A stretch of 64,000 nt of DNA, taken from contig OZ024740.1 of the NCBI GenBank assembly GCA_964016885.1, forward strand, positions 222,518,001 to 222,582,000, in the 5' to 3' direction. Each line of letters starts with the position of its first letter. The stretch's first letter is position 1. The translations under genes and the position numbers were made by a program. A model generated the notes under the pieces. It was not told the origin of the DNA, did not search any database, and worked only from the letters and a program-made list of their open reading frames with translations. Of the stretch, positions 14,101 through 26,889 are shown piece after piece. The DNA comes from Eledone cirrhosa (Eukaryota).

Positions 14101-17100
14101 CTGATTCTATCATCTCATTTCTAAAGCTGAGTAAACTGGAGCAATGTGAAATAAAGTGTCTTGCTCAAGGAAACAACACATCACTTGGTCTGAGAATTGA
14201 ACTCACAACCTTTCGATTGCAAGCCCAATTCTCTAACCATTAAGCCATGTGCCTCCAACGATTGTATCAATCCACCACCTCTTAATATATTGGAAAATAT
14301 TAGGAATAATAAACATAGCTTTGGGAAAACATCTTGTTTGTAACTATACCCCAGAAAGAAGATGATGGCTAGTTTTTGAGTTCTGCTCATATTTGTGGTT
14401 TATAATGAATCTTAAAGAAATTTACTTTTTACTGAAATCATCCCTTATTAAAGAGATCTATGGTCAATAACACTTCAACAATGATAATTTCCAATTTTAT
14501 TTATTTCAATGAAGTACAGTCAATATGAAGGAACATCATCAACAGAAAATAGCAAAATAATATTTTCTGTTTGATCAGACCAGTTCCCACAAAGTCAAGG
14601 AAAGCTTCCTTAACCTTTTCAATATCAAACCACCTGAAATTCTCCTTGGTTTTAAGAAACATTACTGTACTGTTCCTTTTAAAGTGTTTATATTTATCGG
14701 AAAAAAGTTTCAACATAATTTCATATAAGCGCTCTCATTAAGTTATGTTTCAAACACCAACTAAAAATGGGAAAATTCATTATATTATTAAATCCCCTAA
14801 ATTTCTTGATTATTTTCAAAATGGTTTCAAAATAATAGACAGTGTCTTTCATTAGAAATAAGGCAATGAATGGGTTAAATGTGTTCCTCTTCAATAACAC
14901 TAACACTACAGGTGGGGTAAAATAACTTTATGTGATGAAAGAAACAACAGCCTACCATTTTCAAGTACAATACAACAATAGAAATTGTAGCAAGTGAACA
15001 GCTACCAACTTGTGTAAATGCACGCTGGGAAGAATGAAAATGCCATCAGTGAGAACTGGAGGTAGCAGACATAAAGTGACATTCAATAAATGGTTGGGGA
15101 TACAGTTACTCTAACAACATGATGTTGGAAATCTATTGAGATACATTTTAATGCAAGTATCATGTACTTCTGCCAACCTTGCAATTCTCAGTAAAGATGC
15201 AGGGGGAAATATACACATTTGTCTGAATAAAATTTAGCTGAATGTGAAGTAGATTCAATAAGAAAATATTTAAATGTGCCTTGCATATTCTCAGGATGGG
15301 ATGTTATAATTTGAGGGAGATTTTGTTGTTATTTCTAGCAGATTATTTAACTATATATTTGTTGATTCAAAGGAGCTCAAATTGCTGAAGAGTTGCCTTT
15401 CCCTAGAAATGTTAGCAATCAGGATAATATTTGCTGGAATATTAATGACAGTTAATGTTCTGCACTACACTAAAAGGAGTCAACATAGGAAAAACCTAAA
15501 ATTGAGGTGTTTGTCTATTTACAAGTTTTAGAAGAAGGGGCAATGTCCACACCCATCACAGAACTTCCTAATCAGAGAAATTGATGCTGCTGATGTTCCA
15601 CTTACAATGTTGACCCCTGTAGAAACAAAATGATCAAAGAGAGTATTACAGAAGGCAAACATTCTAAGTAACAAATGTGTAGTGGTTAGTGTTGTGCCTA
15701 GGGATTTAGACACAACATGGGTGATGAGAGATGGTGAGACAGGTGATAAATGTCTTAGAAGTGGCATGAGACCAGTCAGCCAGCTCTGAAGAGTAGATAC
15801 CACTTTTGTCATCTGAATGAACAGAGGCAAGAGGAAATAAAGAGTCATCAGGAGTCAGACAATTCTGAAATTATAACTTATAATAAAGAATGATATGAGG
15901 TTCAAATATATATCATGTTATAGTAAACTATTAACCATTAGCTAAAACCTTGCCACATACATTGTATTGACCTCTTTAATTGAGTCATATAAATCTGTGT
16001 TGCTTCACAATCTTTTTTATTCTAATGAATTTTCCCACAACAATTTTATTAACGAGAAACAAATTTATTTTCTCAGATTTGTTTCCCAATTGAAAGCTAT
16101 ATATAACCGAATATAAAACGAAACACATTACAAAAAGAAACTATTTGTTTAACTCTCCATTTCCTGTACTACATGAATCCACATTAGCAAGTAATTCACA
16201 AAAGTATAAAACAATATTATGACTTAATCACATTAAAGAATCAAGCCTTTAGTGTAACAGAGCAAATTGTTAAAGCAATCTGACCACTAGTAAAACTACT
16301 ATATATAAATAAACAAACCTGTTTTTATTTATTTTCTGCTAAATCATTATAGTATGTTAAAGAGTTAATAAGCTGCTGTTTTGTTGATAATATGTTCAAC
16401 ATTTCAAGTTCAATAGCAGACAATTTTAAACATAGATCAAATTCAAAAAGCATCTAAAGCTATTACACTTTTCCTATAGATTTGAAGGGAATGTTGATTT
16501 TTTAAAAGTTAATTTTTATCTGCATTATTGTACATACTTATACATTTTACATCACAAGCTTTTGAAATTTTGAACTTTTGATCCCAGTACTATCAATAGT
16601 TCTCAGACTACAAATTGGGAATAGATAATAAATGGTCTCTCTTCTATTCCATGGTTAAGTGGTTGACAATAGCAAGAACATCCAGATTCTCCATATATAT
16701 ACAAAATAGATGTAAAACTGTACAAAAAAACAATGACATTATACATTTGAGTGGTCACTTTTGCCTCAAACTCTACACTTCATATTTGACTAATCCTACC
16801 TAGACTGTTTATATATTCCATAAATAAATATATTATGAGTTATTCTTTCTGTTCTAATTTACATTTTACCTACTCTACTATATTGTAAGAAACTCCATTA
16901 AATTCTTTCTGTGGATTGCTAAATCAAAAAGCTGCCACTAAATCCTAACCATAAAAATACTCTAGAATCAGAATAATACATGATTTCTAGAAGCACAGCT
17001 TTAGCCAAAAATAGAATTTTACTTATTCTGAAGAAGTTACTTACATGGTATTAACATATAGCAATTGCTTTTAGCCATCTCTGTGAAGAAAATATCAAGA

Positions 17101-18729
17101 TTTAATTCTGGGAACTCTGTTGGAAGTCAGAGACAGCTACGTGAAAATGTAGTTTCATTTTATTACTTACAGGATAAGAATACATTGTGTATTTTTTCCT
17201 GTCTGATAAAGAAAGATTGAAAGATTTTATTACAACTTGGCCAAAGTTTAAGCTGATGCTGAGGAGTGACCCAAAAAAGGGAACTAAATGTAATTCAGAA
17301 AAGCACCAAAAATGAATTAAAAGTTATATAAAAAATAAAATGTTAGTTGAAATTAAAATTTTGTCATGAATCAGTGAAACTTACACTTTTTAAAATTTGT
17401 CAGTAGGGTTGTATGCTTCTGAATATATGAAGGAATATAAAGATTTTAACAAAAAATACTAACTTTGATGTTATGTTATAATTACCAGGTGTTAATATGA
17501 TCAAGTTTATAATGTAGTGAATAACTTCAATTATTTGTTTTATGTCAATTTGTGTGAAGTAGAACTAAAACCTCCATAAAAATATTTTATTGCATTAATG
17601 ACACTAACATTGCCATGACATTAAAACTCACAGGACAGTTGAAGAGTAATTTCCTTAAAAGGATGCCTTCAGTATTAACAGCATACAGACAAGAGATAAG
17701 AGCTGCTTCTGTAAACTGACTCTAACATTACAGTAATCTTCACACACTGACATTATCCTCATCAAGCAGAAACATATCAAATTGAGTGTCAGAAGCCATC
17801 ATTAAATGGATGAAAGAAATGAAAAGAGCTTTGTTGGCTCTGAAATTTGTTGAATTTGAAAGTTAGGAAATATTTCGAGCATCTAGAACATAAAATGAAT
17901 CCAGCATGTATGTTCTGAAGTATCAGTACGTTTTAGCACTTGTTTACTTTATTTTAAAGCAATATTTTAATTTTGTTGGATTAGATTTAATTTTTAAAGA
18001 AGTAAAATAATAATATTTTGCAGACCTGCTATTCTTAACTATGTAAGAATTCCTATGGAAACGTTAGATTTTGAAAAGATTAACAGGATTAAAACTGAGG
18101 AAGTTAAAACACATGACATTGGATATTCCTTGTAAACTGAATTTACTACATAAAACATATCAAAAATAATTTACAGTGGCAGATACTGTGAATAAATTTA
18201 AGGATTCAAGGAAATTAGATATACCTTGTACCTTCAGGCAGATCTAATATAAATATTTGTTATGGGATTGAAATGATGTACTACCATCAAGCAAAAAATA
18301 AGGAAATAAATTACACTTTTGAATGAATTTTGCATTGGACCATGGGAATTAAAAACGACATGGTAAAGAATCCACACTGTTGTTTTATTTTTTCTTCTAT
18401 TTTCCTTAAATTTCATAAACAGATTATTTAGAAATGGAAATTGGCAAGTCATTAATTACATTGAATTGATAAAAGCAAATATCCCAAATTGGAAATAATT
18501 AAATTATCTTGAAATATTGTGCACCACTACCACTATTCACAATATCCAGTATATCTAGGCTCAACAGAAGGAGCAGCTATATTGTCATTCAATGTGCTAG
18601 AAATAGCAGATAAATTGTTTTTATATCACATTCTAATGTCTTAAAATAGGAGGTAAACATGGAATAAAGTAATTCTAGATCTATATTTAATTATAGTTAT
18701 TATACAAAAGACAGAAATATGAGTTATAC

Positions 18730-19060
18730 AAAAAACAGAAATATTTGTAGAGTATTGCTAACCTAAAAAGGGAATTGCAGAAAATGAAAGAAATAGAGCC
18801 AGTAATGTTTGTTGTGAAGAGAAATGTAATGAGATGATTGTGCCATATGTTGAGGAAAGATGAAAGTGGCTGGGTGACAGGAGTGATGCAAATGGATATG
18901 GAAGGAAATAGAGGAAGAGAAAGACCAAGCAAAAATCAGGCTAAAGGTGATGGAGGAGGGAATGAAAGAAAAGGGGTTGGTGAGGTGGAATGCAGATGAT
19001 AGGACAAAATGAAGAAGTTTGTTGTGGGGACCCTCAAGTTTAACCCTTGCTTTAGCAAAG
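18730..19060 (+). mobile_element. Degraded RTE-clade LINE 3' fragment
   Basis: Remnant C-terminal motif ..CHMLRKDESGWVTGVMQMDMEGNRGRERP.. Confidence 0.55.
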
Positions 19061-19729
19061 AGAATGGTCTTAAAATACCTGTTGTTTTTGGTCGTTTGTA
19101 TATACAATTCCTAAAATATAGATAGGTTAGTTAGAGTTGTAATTCTTTCATTCAAAGATTTGCTGAGCCACGGTTGACCTGGGGCTAAACAACAACAATA
19201 TACAATATAGCCAACTATAGCCAACAATTTGATGCCACCATTTTGTTCCATTTGTCTGCATTTTTGATTGATTGATAACTTGTGTGTCTGCTTAGATATC
19301 TAAGAAACTATTGAAGCTAAGGATTGCTAAACAAAAACGAAATTTCTTTTGTTTTAGGAACTTTTTTTGGAAAATCATTTAGATATTATGCACATAGTCT
19401 GGTTCTCTGCAATATAACATATGCTAAGTGGTCTAGGTGTCAAATGAAAAACAAAATGCAATACAAACGATTGACTCTTCCATCAAAACGAAGATATGAT
19501 GCATAGTAACAGATGGTAAAGTATGAATCATAAAAACTTGCAAAACTGAGTTAAAATAGAATTAACAAAACTTTATGTAATAGGATCATCATCATCATCA
19601 TCATCATTTTATGCTCTTTTTCCATGTTAGCATGGGTTAAATGGGTTGTTGCATTCCTAGACAAGACCTGGAATAGTAAGCATGTCTTCCTCATATGTTC
19701 CATATTTTAGATAAAATTAATGAAATATT

Positions 19730-19950
19730 AATGGTTTCTGATTTAGGTACAAAGCCAACAAATTTGGGGGAGAAGGGAAATCGATTAAATAGACCCCAGT
19801 GTATTATTGGTACTTTATTTTATCGACACTGTAAGGATGAAAGGCAAAGCTAACCTTGGCAGGATTTAAACTCAGAACGTAAAGGGACGTAACTATATGC
19901 TACAAATCATATTGTCTGATCCACTATCAATATTACCAATCTACCATTCT
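19730..19950 (-). mobile_element. SINE S1-related (reverse)
   Basis: Reverse complement of S1 (GGTACTTTATTTTATCGAC..GGATGAAAGGCAAAG..ACTCAGA). Similar copies at ~13860-14040, ~22550-22760 and ~22782-22925. Confidence 0.75.
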
Positions 19951-20510
19951 TAATAAATATATAAATAATAATAAAAAATAATAATAAATCAAATTGTATT
20001 ATTTTGCTCTTATGAATTGAAACGCCATGTTGAGGCCTGCAAGTGTCATTATATGCATCATATAGAAATATGGGCACATATCAATGAAATTAATGGATAT
20101 AGCACTAGCGCAAAGTAAAGGTTTACTCCTACTTTACTCCCACCGTATTATTTTATTCGTTTTAGTCATAAAACTGTGACCATAAGGTGGAGAGGGCAAC
20201 ATAGTTATACCTGTATACTTTTATACTGATAAGTATATATTGAAAGTATATATTTTATATGCGCGTATATTATGTATATATACATAAATACTTACACACA
20301 CACACACATATATATAATTAAAAAAACAAACTTTCGCTCTACATCGCTGAATACAATAAATGTAATCTGAGTTTTTCGAATATTAATAATAACAATTTAT
20401 TCGTTTGCAATTATGCAAACAAGCCTCATTTTTAAAACCATGTCAGTTTTTTTTTTTATTTGAATGTGGCAAAGCCGGCCATTTATCGCTCATATACAGG
20501 AAACTGACAA

Positions 20511-20609
20511 GCCAGTCTGCTGATATGCAATTCTGGCTGATCAGTGGATGTGCTAATATGCAGATCTGACTGATCAGCCAGTCTGCTAATATGCAAATCA
20601 GGCCGATCA
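20511..20609 (+). promoter_or_regulatory. Three 33-bp tandem units each carrying an octamer-like motif
   Basis: Units 20511-20543, 20544-20576, 20577-20609 contain ATGCAATT, ATGCAGAT and the perfect ATGCAAAT (20591-20598). The repeat is seen directly; regulatory function is inferred. Confidence 0.55.
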
Positions 20610-20667
20610 GTCACTGTATATTTTAGAAACTAGCATATATTTTCACTAGCTCTGACAGTTGGCAGGT

Positions 20668-20729
20668 GAACAGTGAGCTGTACTGATGAAGGGTGATACT
20701 CAGAAACATTAGTGTCTGCAGTTCTGTTT
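20668..20729 (+). ncRNA. Type I hammerhead ribozyme with bulged stem I
   Basis: GAACAG-TG-AGCTGTA / TGCAGTT-CTGTTT stem I; CTGATGA at 20683; stem II GGGT-GAT-ACTC; GAAA at 20703; stem III ACA-TTAG-TGT; GUC 20714-20716. Confidence 0.9.
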
Positions 20730-20889
20730 ACATGCCAACACAAGAGCAAGAATGAAGGATTCATTCTACTGACATGGCTTTAAAAATGAGGCTTGCTTGC
20801 ATAATTGCAAACAAATCAAATGCTATTATTAATATTTGAAAAACTCAGATTACATTATTATATATATATATATTTATATATGTGTGTGC

Positions 20890-20924
<35 letters not shown>

Positions 20925-20954
20925 CAGAGAGAGAGAGGGGGGAGGGAGAGAGAT

Positions 20955-20997
<43 letters not shown>

Positions 20998-23535
20998 CAA
21001 AATATATGGGGCTATATTTTCTGGGGAAAGGAAAAGTTAAAAAATTGAATATTGTTTTGCAATAGGGAAAGGGGACTCAAGAAATTGAATTTCCAAATTT
21101 TTTCATTGTTTTTGCAAATCATAATGCCCCTAAAGAAAATATATTATTCAGAAAAAAATACACTGAAAGAAAAGTAAAAAATAGAAAAGTTGCAACTGGT
21201 TATTATAATCCATAACAGTGATGGGTGCAGAAGAGGAAAAAGAATTGAAATTTTGAAAATTTTGTTTCCAAAATTCATTTTAGTATGGATCTGACAAAAC
21301 TTGTAAATACTACTCTCATTGGTTGATGGTCGATAATCTTATGTATTCTAGGTTGTAAATAGCTTTATTATAGAAATGTGAAGATGAACTGAAAAACAAA
21401 AAATACAAATAATTCTGCAATTACATAATTGGAAAGTCATTTATGTCATTTAAAAGTTGTTAAATTCTCTTTACATTTATCATTTATTTCTTGGTGTCAA
21501 AACTTATTTGCAACTGGGTTGAAAATTTTGATACCAGGAAAAAAGATATATGTGTGAAATGAAGGGAACAGGGTTTGTGTGGTTCTGTATGGCTAAAATA
21601 AATCTTCCATGATGTAATTGCTTTAATTTAAATATGCTGACTCAGATCATGTTATGTGCCAGACAAGTACAATTCTGAAACAAATACTTTTGTTTTTAAA
21701 CAAATTCAATAATGGAAATAGTTACAATCTCGATTATATTTCGGATAAACTTCCATAGGTTTTTTAAACTTCCCCTACTTAGTTCTTATATTTCTCTTTG
21801 GACTTTTTAAGATTTGAACATCAAAATCTACAAAGCCTTTTCTTTTTAAGTTAAACATCTTTTTCTTTTAAGATTAAGAAAAGATATATTTTTCATTCAA
21901 AAACAGATTAGGGTTAGATATATATGGCTGTTGTATAAGCATTACAAGTGTATGAATATAATTTTTTGTATTTGAAATGTATCAGTGCATTCTCTTTGTG
22001 ATTCTAATTATATTTTCATCCTTAAGAAATTGAGACAGAAACAACAGCATTTTACATTTTCAGAAATGCAAAAATAAAAACTAATGCTTTCAAATGTAAA
22101 TAAAATATTTATACACTTCAAATGCAAACAAAATATATTTCTATAAAAAAGGTACTTCAGTTGTAAAACCACTAATTTTAATCAATTTTTGTTTCAGACT
22201 CTGAAGATTTTTTTAAATGGTATAATGTAAAAGATAATGGATGGTTTAAAAAAAAATCCCCTGACCAAAAATATATTTCATTTATTTAAAGATAGAATTG
22301 TTATGAACAATTTGTCGTCATTTGTTTTAAAATTATGATAGCTAAAGAAATAGTATTAGAAATATTACAGTTCATTCACTGAGTAATTTGTATTATTTTT
22401 TTTAAACTTTTATTATTTTACCTCGAGATTGAGTCTGGTTGCTATTGATTGATCTAGTAGAAATTGCAGTCTAATACCCTTACAATCACACCCTCTTATC
22501 AACACAATATTGCACAATAACAGCAGGAGCACAGAGATAAAAACAATAATGGTTTCTAATTCAGGCACAAGGCCAACATTTTGGGGAGAGGAGAAATTTT
22601 ATTTAAATTGACCTCTGTGTTACTAGTATCTTATATTATTCACCCTGTTAGGATGAAAGATAAAGGTAACTCCAGAAGGATTCAAACTCAGAATGTAAAG
22701 CGACAGAACCGCATGCTGCAAAGCATGTTTTCTGATTCTCTACCTATACTGCCAATCCACTACTCTAATAACAATAAAAATAATTGTTTCTACTTTTGGC
22801 ACAAGGCCAGCTATTACCCAGTACATTACTGGTACTTTATTTTATCAACCATGAAAGGCAAAGTTGACCTCGGCGGGATTTGAACTCAGAAGGGAAAGGG
22901 CCGTAACTCTATGCGTCAAAGCATAATAACAATAAAAATAATGACACAAAAACTAATCCTTGGTAGTACCAAAGGGTAGCAGTTCTAACCAACAAGCAAC
23001 ATGAATAGTATTGCAAGAGAATTCAATACCAACTAACATGACAATTAGTATGAGGAGTTTACATTGGTAATGTTTAATGAAAATGAACATGTGAGAATTT
23101 GAACAGGTCCAAAGGAAGTAGAGGTGAGAGTGAGATGAGCTATTTACGTTTGTCTATAAATGGTGACAGTCATGTTAGAAATGGAGTAAAAAAAAATCCT
23201 TTTTTAAAGAAACATTAAGATTTGAAGTTTTAATATTTAAATAAGCATTTTAAATTCAGCAAAAAGGCTGTTTTAATAATAGCTTCAATGATATATCCAT
23301 TTCGTTTTTACTCCATTATATATGAGACTGGATTATTAGAATATCAGACAACATACCTTGCAGCATTTAGTAACAGCTGTTCATGTTCTGAGTTCAAATC
23401 CTGCCTGGGTCAATTTTGCTCTTCATACTTCCAAGTTTGATAAAAGGATGTACTAACCAAGTAATGGTGTCAATATTACCGATTGTCTCCTGACAATAAA
23501 ATGTTTAGCCTTGTACCTAACATAGGTGGTCTAAA

Positions 23536-23811
23536 TCTAAGGTCTGTCTTGAGCCTGAAGGCTCACCAGGCCTGTGCTTATCCCAGTTTCTGTGGCATGA
23601 ATTGACGAAAAGTATAAAACTCCCCACTGAACAGGACACCAGCTCATTGCAGGGTTAAACCCCCAGCTATTGCTGGTACTCATTTTCAGCTGAGTATACT
23701 GGAGCAATGGGAAATGAAGTGTTTTGCTCAAGAACACAACACACAACTCAGCCGAAGATTCGAACCCTTGACATTATGATCGTGAGTCCAACACCCTTTC
23801 CACTAGGCCGT
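23536..23811 (-). mobile_element. tRNA-derived SINE family S2 (CORE/Meta-like central domain)
   Basis: Minus strand CGGCCTAGTGGAAAGG A-box, GGTTCGAATC B-box, TGTGTTCTTGAGCAAAACACTT domain. Partial copies at ~14125-14255, ~56350-56470 and ~60590-60710. Confidence 0.75.
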
Positions 23812-25459
23812 ATAGAAAAAATATAGTGGTAGAATACATTCCTGTTTCTATTTAGTTACATTCCTTTACATTCCAAATTTAAGTCGAACAGAGGATGAAT
23901 TATTTTTCGTTCTTTTGGTCCCCATCAAATAAGTACCAGTTAAGTATTGAAGTTGATTGCTTCACCCCACCCCACCCTACCACAAGCATATAACCACTAG
24001 AATATAAGACATAATCAATATTGTTATCAAAGTTTCATATTGATAATATCAACAGATGCATGCTTTGAGATTCCATGTCTTGCCAAATGCTCTGAAGAAC
24101 TTTAAGAAACATGACTGTGAAATAAATGTGTAAGTTTCTGCAACACAATGGTTTGGTTCTTAGTTTACAAAAGCTCTCAATAATTTGAAGAATTGTTTTG
24201 TTATCATTCTTCTCAGCAGTCTTATAACATTAATAAGGGTATCATTTATACACACATCTCTGTGTTTTTTCAGTTCTCTATTTTCCCTTTAGTTCAACTC
24301 CAATCATTTTTATAACACAATGTATAGTCTAACCTTCTTTCCTTTGAGCCACTATGGTATGGTCAGCTTTTACTAAGAAATGCTCAAGAATTTTAACTTA
24401 GTAATTATCAGTAGAAATGTTTTGTTGGTTAGAGCACTATACTGCATCTACATTGAATCTAGCATACCTAGTGACTTCTAGGTGTACATGTTTCCTCTTG
24501 TAATGTATGTCATTTTGATACATTCATACAGTATATAGTTGACAGCTCTCTCTATGTTGCTATGAATCTGGCATTCACTATCTTGTTAACTTCCTAAACA
24601 AGGTTTTTTCTAATTGCATTTTTCTTGAGGATATGAATGTATTTTTGTATTTTTGCAAATTTCAATTTTTTTTATCATGTCTTAGACTTTCCAGGATATT
24701 TGCCATATAACAGATCTTTTGTCTCTACATCTATGTTCTTTTTTATTTGCAATCCATTATTACTTCTATGCTTCCATATGTTTGCCACTGACTTTTCTAG
24801 ATGTACATCTTCACTTCTTCCAGCATACTTCACTAGTCCAATCATTGGTAAGTGTGTTGTGTTTGTGACATTGAGTAATCATTTACCTTTCTGTTTTCCT
24901 GATGTATACCATCTGCTATTACTGCTTCATTGATATGCAATGTTAAAAGCTTTATTAAAAGCATGGTTAAATGCATAGTACATTGATAAAAGCTTTTTAA
25001 TGCTCCTTTCAGTTTCTTTCAGTTCATTTTTCCTGTTCTGAAAAATGACTGCAGAATATCTCAGAATTGATATTGCCCTTGTGGTGATGTCTTTAATTAA
25101 GAGATCCTTCCAATTATTTTACTTTCTTTTGGATCTTTCAATTATTGTTTTCTCTAACTTTACATTTCATTTTCTTCTGTTCCAACCTATCATCCTGCAA
25201 CGCACCCAAATATGTATATGTCTACTCCTTCATTGAAGGGGGTTCGCAAACACTACACTTTTTCTCTCTTTATTATAAGTATGACATAGTTTTCACTTAC
25301 TGCATCCTAACATGTATAGTAAACTTTCTTCATAAATACTATCAGAAAATCCAACTAAAAAATTATAGAAAAGTGTGTATTGATAATCAGCAGAAGGGAG
25401 GTAGGTGTAAAAGGCAAACTTGCTATCTTCAATTCGGTTTTGTGTCAACCCATACCTAA

Positions 25460-25890
25460 GGACATAAATCTTGGGTAATGATCAAAAGAATACAATCCTA
25501 AAAATAAAAGGCCAAAATAAAGTTCCTCTGAAGGGTATTTGAAGTAATGTTACTCGATAGAGTGTATAGCTCAGAGATCAGATAGTCACTCCAGCTAGAG
25601 TCGCTACTTCTCTGAATTGAGAGATCACAGCTCCAATATTATGAGCATGTGGTTAGAATGTCTCAGGAAAGAATCACTGCACAGATTTTACAGGCAAAAA
25701 CCAACCGGCAGCCAACCCAGGGGTAGACCTCGACCAAGATGGTCAGATAACATCCATGAGCTTGGCTGGCATTGCTTTTGGATCCAGCCAGATCAATTAG
25801 AGATGGTTGCTTCTGACAAGACCTGCTTGGAGGAGTGTTTGAGGACTCTACCCCATGATCCTCTCAGGAATAAGTGGGCGAAGAAGAAGT
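25460..25890 (+). mobile_element. RTE-clade LINE 3' fragment
   Basis: PTGSQPRGRPRPRWSDNI motif typical of the RTE C-terminus. Confidence 0.7.
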
Positions 25891-26889
25891 GTAGTCATTT
25901 TGTGTACATGTAGTTGATTACAGCTTTACTATTGACCATATAGGAGCTTGACTTGCTCTTTTTAATGTATAAGCATTAGAATTAAATCAATAAAAAACTA
26001 AAATGAAGAAAAGAAAACTTTTAAAAATGCTTCCTTTAATGACAAATTCCTTGTGATATACTCCAACATATTACATCTCAATGTAAAAGTATTTTATGTT
26101 TGCCTCAAGACTGATCCAAAATACTGTCATACACTTTAGAATCTGAGAATGAGAGATCATGTCATACGCTTTAAGTAGTCACTATATCCCATTGCTGCTT
26201 GCTGCATCTTTCTTTGACTTCTAACTCATGGAAGTATCAATCTGTATCATATAGTAGATAATCAATTGCAGTGATTCTCTTTAGCATGTTTTTATTTTTC
26301 AGAAAGTAAGTGTTCTATTTCCATTAGCATCATTAGCATGCCATCAGTAAGTATCTCTCATCATTGTGAAATTGGTTATCCCACACAATATCTCAACAAA
26401 TTCTGGTTTTCAAATCATCTGACCAGGTTCTGAAAATTCTTCAGTCAATTCATTCCAATTTTTCCTTTATTTTTGAGTCAAGGAATAAGGACAGTACCGA
26501 TGGCATTTTCTGGGGTTGGACAAAGGTGCTCTCAAAACAGAGAGACCTACTTTGAATGTTGCAATGGATTAGATTCCACTGATAGCACTGAAGGGCCAGG
26601 CTATGGTCTTAAACAAGGCAATGGATCTAGACTATTCACCCAGGTAGACAGATTAAGTCTATTACTAGGTGATCTCTTCTAGTATTTTTTCTGCTATCAG
26701 ACAGTTTGCTCCGTGCTAGCTTCTCTACTTATCAAATTCTTTCTGTGGTTTCTATTTTTCTAATGCCTTATTGTTTCTCACACTTACCAGAATCAGTTGT
26801 ATATGACTACCTTCATTATCAGCTTGCATGCCTAATCATCCCGAATAACTGCTGGTACAGTTTTCAGTTTCTATAGAGACAGATCTCCC

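Larger units (their letters stand above)
20317..20858 (+). mobile_element. Non-coding hammerhead element (PLE pLTR/retrozyme-like) with 89-bp inverted arms in (TA)n
   Basis: 20359-20447 is the reverse complement of 20769-20856; the left arm has an extra ~40-nt tail; TA repeats on both sides. Confidence 0.8.

Noticed and set aside
20511-20609. CRISPR-like array or tRNA gene
   Set aside because: The units are contiguous with no spacers and the context is eukaryotic. A/B-box sequences elsewhere are SINE heads, not tRNA genes.
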